Positions 62,532-64,000 of a DNA stretch of 64,000 nucleotides are shown here, in pieces. Position numbers and translations under genes: made by a program. The notes under the pieces were generated by a model that saw only the letters and a program-made list of their open reading frames with translations, had not been told where the DNA came from and did no database searches. Location: contig NC_087252.1 in the NCBI RefSeq assembly GCF_037042905.1, positions 27,034,001-27,098,000 of the forward strand. The letters run 5' to 3'. Numbering within the stretch: the first letter of the stretch is position 1; each line of letters opens with the position of its first letter. The DNA is from Lytechinus pictus (lineage: Eukaryota).

Positions 62532-62647
62532 ATCGTCGAGACCTGGATGAAGCCATAAAGGTTGAGGAGCTTCAGCAGCCGTTGGTCGACGCTTTGCAGA
62601 CCTGTGTACAGATAAACCATCCAAAGAAGTTGGGACACTTTGCAAAG
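62532..62647 (+). CDS. Nuclear receptor coding exon 5: LBD helix 9 to the start of helix 10
   Basis: AAG|AT acceptor in phase 1 gives SP-D-RRDLDEAIKVEELQQPLVDALQTCVQINHPKKLGHFAK; donor AAG|GTTAGG (phase 0). Not in the ORF track. Confidence 0.92.
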
Positions 62648-62683
62648 GTTAGGCTCGCTGGGACATGATTCGGAACTTCTTTT

Positions 62684-62950
62684 GGCATGTTCGGTTCAGT
62701 TGGTAGAGTGTCCTTCTCACAACCGTAAATGTAGGTCGGGAGTTCAAACCCCTGCCACATCCAACCAAAAGTAAAACGATGGAAGTTGCTGCTACCCTGT
62801 TTGGCGTTCAACATTTGAGGGATAGCACCACGTCGATCTGGCGCTGCACTGCAGCTGCTGTGTCCACAATCAAGTGGGCAAAGCAAATTTTTGGAGTATT
62901 TCATTTCATGTCTATTTCCAACAATAAAATATGGATTTTCATTTCAAATT
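62684..62950 (+). mobile_element. tRNA-derived SINE
   Basis: A box GGTTCAGTTGGTAGAGT, B box GAGTTCAAACCC, body, AATAAA and (ATTTC)n-like tail. Confidence 0.7.
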
Positions 62951-63333
62951 TCGTACGCTTATTTGCATAATTAATCAATTTAAAAAAAGCAGTTAATTTT
63001 TTGAAGATTTTCTTGTACAGTCTTGTCGTTTACATCCGGCTCTACGCGCCTGCAAATTTTCGCAACGATCGCGCAATCAACGGCCGAGATCTGAGTGTGG
63101 TGTCAATTTGAACCCCCCCCCCCCTCCCCCGTATATGTCGGTCTGAAATAGCGCAGTTAAGATAGGGTTAAGTCCACAGATCTTGACAAATTTCTCAGGA
63201 TTAACATGAAGGAGTGACATCACAATCAGGGCTTCAAGTTATGTGCATGTATTATGAAATGTATAAATTGAGAGCTGTTACGGTGCAGTAGAGCTGTAAA
63301 GATTTGATAATTATTTTTTCATTATTCTGACAG

Positions 63334-63453
63334 ATCATCATGCTCCTTACAGAGGTACGTAATGCCACCGAAGCCTACATGGACGACCTGATGACCATCC
63401 AACTCAGCGGGAGCAGACTTAATCCCCTCCTTGAAGAACTCTTCAGTGACTAA
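63334..63453 (+). CDS. Nuclear receptor coding exon 6: helices 10/11-12 (AF-2) and stop
   Basis: CAG|ATC acceptor (phase 0); IIMLLTEVRNATEAYMDDLMTIQLSGSRLNPLLEELFSD*; TAA at 63451-63453. Not in the ORF track. Confidence 0.93.
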   Translation: MIMLLTEVRNATEAYMDDLMTIQLSGSRLNPLLEELFSD

Positions 63454-63925
63454 CTGGAGACTATCAGGTGAATCAAGACCTCATTCCACCCAATGGAAGA
63501 TGATATTTTGCCGGAATGGTCTTCTCTAAAGACATTCTGCCTCGGGGCAAACTGACCTAATCCCCTTCTTGAAGAACTTCTCAGCGACTAATAGGAAACT
63601 ATAAAATAAACTCCATTGAACCAATGGGAGATCCCAGGCCTGTGGATGATGTCTTGTACATTCCTCTTCAAATGGTATGCTACAAAGACTTTCCGATGCG
63701 GATGGATTGATTTCTAGTCCTTGCCATGAAGAGCTCTTCAGTGACTAACGGGAGGCAATCTGGAGCTCTGTCCAACCAATTATGAATGATGTTTGTTCAA
63801 ATGGTCTGCTCTGAAGACATTCTGACTCGGCAGGAGCAGGTTAAATCCTTGAAGATTTGAAATAGTTCACCTCAGGACGCTGTGGCGGTGTTGTAGCATC
63901 CTTGAAGCATACTTCAATGACACAC
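63454..63925 (+). repeat. Putative 3'UTR built from degenerate tandem copies of the AF-2/stop segment
   Basis: GAAGAACTCTTCAGTGACTAA (stop 63451) recurs as GAAGAACTTCTCAGCGACTAA (63589) and GAAGAGCTCTTCAGTGACTAA (63746); weaker copies at ~63815-63855 and ~63900. Confidence 0.8.
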
Positions 63926-64000
63926 TGGATCCCTCCACCCACAAAGTCAGATCCCTGTTGATGAAGCTTTGTTTGTTTGTGTTGAAATAGTCCTCATGGA

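Noticed and set aside
63451..63591. Stop-codon read-through into the second AF-2 copy
   Set aside because: The copy is in frame (+138 nt), but two TGA codons intervene.

Overview
AT-rich, repeat-dense animal genomic DNA. The repeat families and gene style suggest an echinoderm such as a sea urchin; this is inference, not proven. The one host gene I can support is a complete six-coding-exon nuclear receptor on the + strand (40368-40626, 51911-52134, 53094-53784, 59142-59372, 62532-62647, 63334-63453). The exons total 1641 nt (546 aa), and all GT-AG junctions have compatible phases. It has an NR1H-like (FXR/LXR/EcR) DNA-binding domain with an atypical P-box (CEGCKT) and a lengthened D-box, a ~200-aa S/P/T-rich insertion between LBD helices 1 and 3, and an intact AF-2. 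A candidate 5'UTR exon and two CpG-rich promoter candidates lie upstream. The rest is mostly non-autonomous DNA transposons, often nested (Kolobok-, Harbinger-, hAT-, P-, Academ-, MULE-, HINE/Helentron- and Crypton-like), plus a CR1/L2 LINE fragment, tRNA-derived SINEs and two pairs of mutually inverted tandem arrays. The most unusual signals are: (1) a SINE-like element with a 7SL/SRP Alu-domain head (36325-36502, minus strand); (2) the divergent receptor, with duplicated exon-start and AF-2/stop modules; (3) a near-perfect 615-bp foldback element with a promoter-like centre. Transposon superfamily calls rest on termini and TSDs read by eye, not on database searches.
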